DNA of 63,116 nucleotides, the filler included, from Perkinsus chesapeaki ATCC PRA-425 (Eukaryota; Protista; Perkinsozoa), in NCBI GenBank assembly GCA_013115145.1. It is 5 parts of 5 records of this genome, joined end to end, with 100 filler letters (N's around TTAATTAATTAA, not from the genome) between each part and the next. Parts side by side here need not be neighbours in the genome. Positions count along the whole stretch, not along the records: positions 60,656 to 63,116 come from JAAPAO010001597.1; 4 more parts are not named here. One strand, 5' to 3'. Positions 60,656-63,116 of this stretch are shown here, piece by piece (positions within the stretch are counted from its first letter, which is position 1; each line of letters opens with the position of its first letter). The notes beneath the pieces were generated by a model. The model had not been told where the DNA came from and did no database searches. It was given only the letters and a program-made list of their open reading frames with translations. A program made the position numbers and the translations under genes.

Positions 60656-63080
60656 TACCACGTTCTCAGCACCGACAGGTCTTAGCGGGCAAATCCCATA
60701 TCGGAAGGCCTTCTTAGTAAAAATATGAATATTATCACCTTCCAATGGAAGATGGCAGTACGGACAGAGCCCCTTCTTGCTTTTGCTAGTGCTGGACGTT
60801 GATCCCTTCTCTACTATTTTATTAGCTCGGTTATCATCTACCTCGCGGCGAAATTCCTCAATTGTGACAGCTGCTGGACCTTCGGAAGGGAAACTCTGGG
60901 GAATTGGATGGTCAGCTGGCAGGGTTGGCTTCGCGAAAGCGGCAGCCGCAGCCGGCGGAACTTTATCGAGTTCTGCAGAAAGAGCGGACATGGCATTTCG
61001 AGAATCAGTATCGAAGACCGAGTCAACAGCAGCGCTGGCACGGAGAAGGAGCTTTTCTTTTACCCACAAATCTGCTAAAGCTAAGCTCACTTCCAAAAGC
61101 GGCGGCGCTATGTAACCTGATTTTCTTGCGTCAGTGATAGCCTTGAGCTGTATAGTCGAGTACTGAGCGAGACATTTCTTTGTAAGCTCAGCACGAGAGC
61201 CACGACTGATGATGCTTTGCTCTGAGAATATAGTGGTCCAAATGCTCTCCATTTCATTATTGAAGTTGGGCCCCACATACTGCGCAGCTCCCGTTAGTGC
61301 CCTACGTTTCGATACATTTCTTGGTGCCCGCAGTTTCGACACGGAACCGAACAAGGCGTCATCGGAAGGGCGGGCAGTCGGTACTTCATCTGATTCACTG
61401 CACTCGACATTCGTTGTGAATAAACCTAAAAGGTCAAAGCAGTGAACACGTTCTAGGTTCTTCATGAAAGCGAGTAACTACCTGTGTCTTGGGTTCTCTC
61501 CCTGATGTCTCCTTGACTGGAAAGCCCGCTGGCACTCTCAAAAGACACAGTGGAATTGTCTGAATCCTCCGGGTCTACTTGACTCTCTAGTTCGCTATTG
61601 CAACCTTCGCCATCCCATTCACCTTCGAACGTCAGGATGGCTTTCATCTCAGCTGAGGTCAGCGCTTCAGGTGAGAGACTGTCGATTGTGAATTCCGAAG
61701 CTTGCTGATTGCACATTCTACCGTATTCGAAGCCAACCTTCGGAAGGTCTTTGCAGTCCGTTGGTGCGAGCGAGTAGTCGGAATATTCAGCTGCGCCGCA
61801 AGCCATCCCCAACTCTATTTCTTTCGGAGTAAGACCAGGCTCCGGCACGGCGTAACCAAGGGATAGTAATCTTCTGCGATTATATGCACTGATAAGTAAG
61901 GATAAACGAGCATCAAATGACTCTTCCGCCAGGCCGTTCAGACTCGAGAATGACTTCGTAAGGACTGAGTGAATTGCTTCACATCTGCTAGTCCCTCTAC
62001 TAGATGAGCGAAACTCGGTCAGCATTATTTGCCCTCCTTTGTAGCGTACACGGCCGACTGCCGTATAAGGCAAATGATCTAAGCTATCAGCGCAACAGCC
62101 GTTTCGCAGATGTACCAGCTGCTGTTGTACACATCGCAATACTCGATCTGTAATGATCGGTTCAATACCTGCAGACTGCTCTACATTCGACGATGCGCAG
62201 CTTTGAGACAAGTTGATAGCAGCAGCGCGATCGGCATCTTGGAACTTGCAGATAACGTCTTTAACGCGCTCAGCGGCTTCGTTGCCGTCTCCTATGAATC
62301 GCCTCACAAACCGGCAGCGGTCCACCCTGTTGATCTCGGTAGTTTCTCCTAAAGCATCCTTTGCTTCGCGTAAACGCATTACATCATCTGGATTCTGTGT
62401 GTAAATAGCCTTGCTGATGGATTTTAGGAATGAAGAGCGTCGCACATTATTACTCGGTATCAGACGCCCAAAGCGCATTATTAAGTGCGCGCCATCCAAG
62501 CATACGCTCTCAAACGAGCTCTTCCATTGTACCTTAGAACAGTGCTAATGTAGCGCTTGAATAACGTTTTTGGAATACCTTATGAGGAGTCTGTGGCCCC
62601 GTAATTCCGTTGCAGCATCCACTGTCGAGATACAATCTTTTTGGTGGGTCTCTATGTCGGGATAAAACTTCCCGGAACAGCTCATTCAGCCATTGAGAGT
62701 TGGTATTAGGAACACATGCGACGGAAAGACAAACATTATTATCGCCAGCTATAGTTGCGGTTTGACCGCTCACGCCCAGGGTGTTCTTTCCACGTGCTTT
62801 TTTGACGACCCTTCGTTGATGATCACAGGCTAAACTGTTCGAACTTACGATTTGTTTCAATTCTCTGCGAAGGCCTATGATATTCTGCTTGTAATCCAAT
62901 AAGAGAGCCGCGCATAGCGTGCGACGACTTGGGATTAATTTACCAATATCTGTGATAGTTGGATAGCTGTTGCACTTATCTTTAGCTCCGGGTACCCCGA
63001 GTGTAGCTGAGTCTGGGCAACCGCACTCCTTTGATTGCAGAGGGTTGGACTGTGGGTTGCTGCTAGGACTTCGGCCACTA
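60656..63080 (-). mobile_element. Spliced DDE transposase of DxxH type (DUF6729-associated-like) with C-terminal Cys/His finger; both ends truncated
   Basis: Motifs ACDHQRRVVKK, PKRLYLDSGCC, VCLDGAHLIMRF, HLRNGCCAD, SRGTSRCEAIHS, AYNRRR, CPYC...H...YGICP. Removing GT-AG introns 62533-62578 and 61426-61481 joins three ORFs in frame. Confidence 0.7.
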
Positions 63081-63116
63081 GCTCGTTAACACCTCCAAAA
63101 AAGATTATCTGGAGGG

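Overview
Eukaryotic (protist) genomic DNA, not prokaryotic. The window is five pieces joined by artificial 100-nt linkers (N44-TTAATTAATTAA-N44, stops in all six frames) at 27407, 41662, 56369 and 60556, so adjacency across linkers is not biological. Most of it (about 10.7-63 kb) has dense genes with short GT-AG introns, consistent with a Perkinsus-like alveolate (inference). Recognisable genes: Mei2-like RRM protein, BT1 folate/biopterin transporter (truncated), DUF1336/EDR2-C protein, LRR protein, MED7-like protein, NifS/SCLY-type PLP enzyme, WD40 protein, KCC-like SLC12 transporter and an ankyrin/coiled-coil protein. There are also LINE and BED-finger relics, a spliced DxxH-type DDE transposase and several minisatellites. 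Two things stand out. (1) A cluster of five divergent paralogs of an unrecognised secreted protein (signal peptide, short coiled coil, globular domain) at 11.4-24.8 kb; they share exon structure and three share an exact upstream 10-mer, GAGCGCGCCC. (2) The first ~10.4 kb looks compositionally foreign, with introns full of phased A/T tracts; it carries a complete six-exon NEDD8 E2 (Ubc12) gene that allows its origin to be tested. Exon models were read by eye; coordinates of hypothetical genes are approximate.
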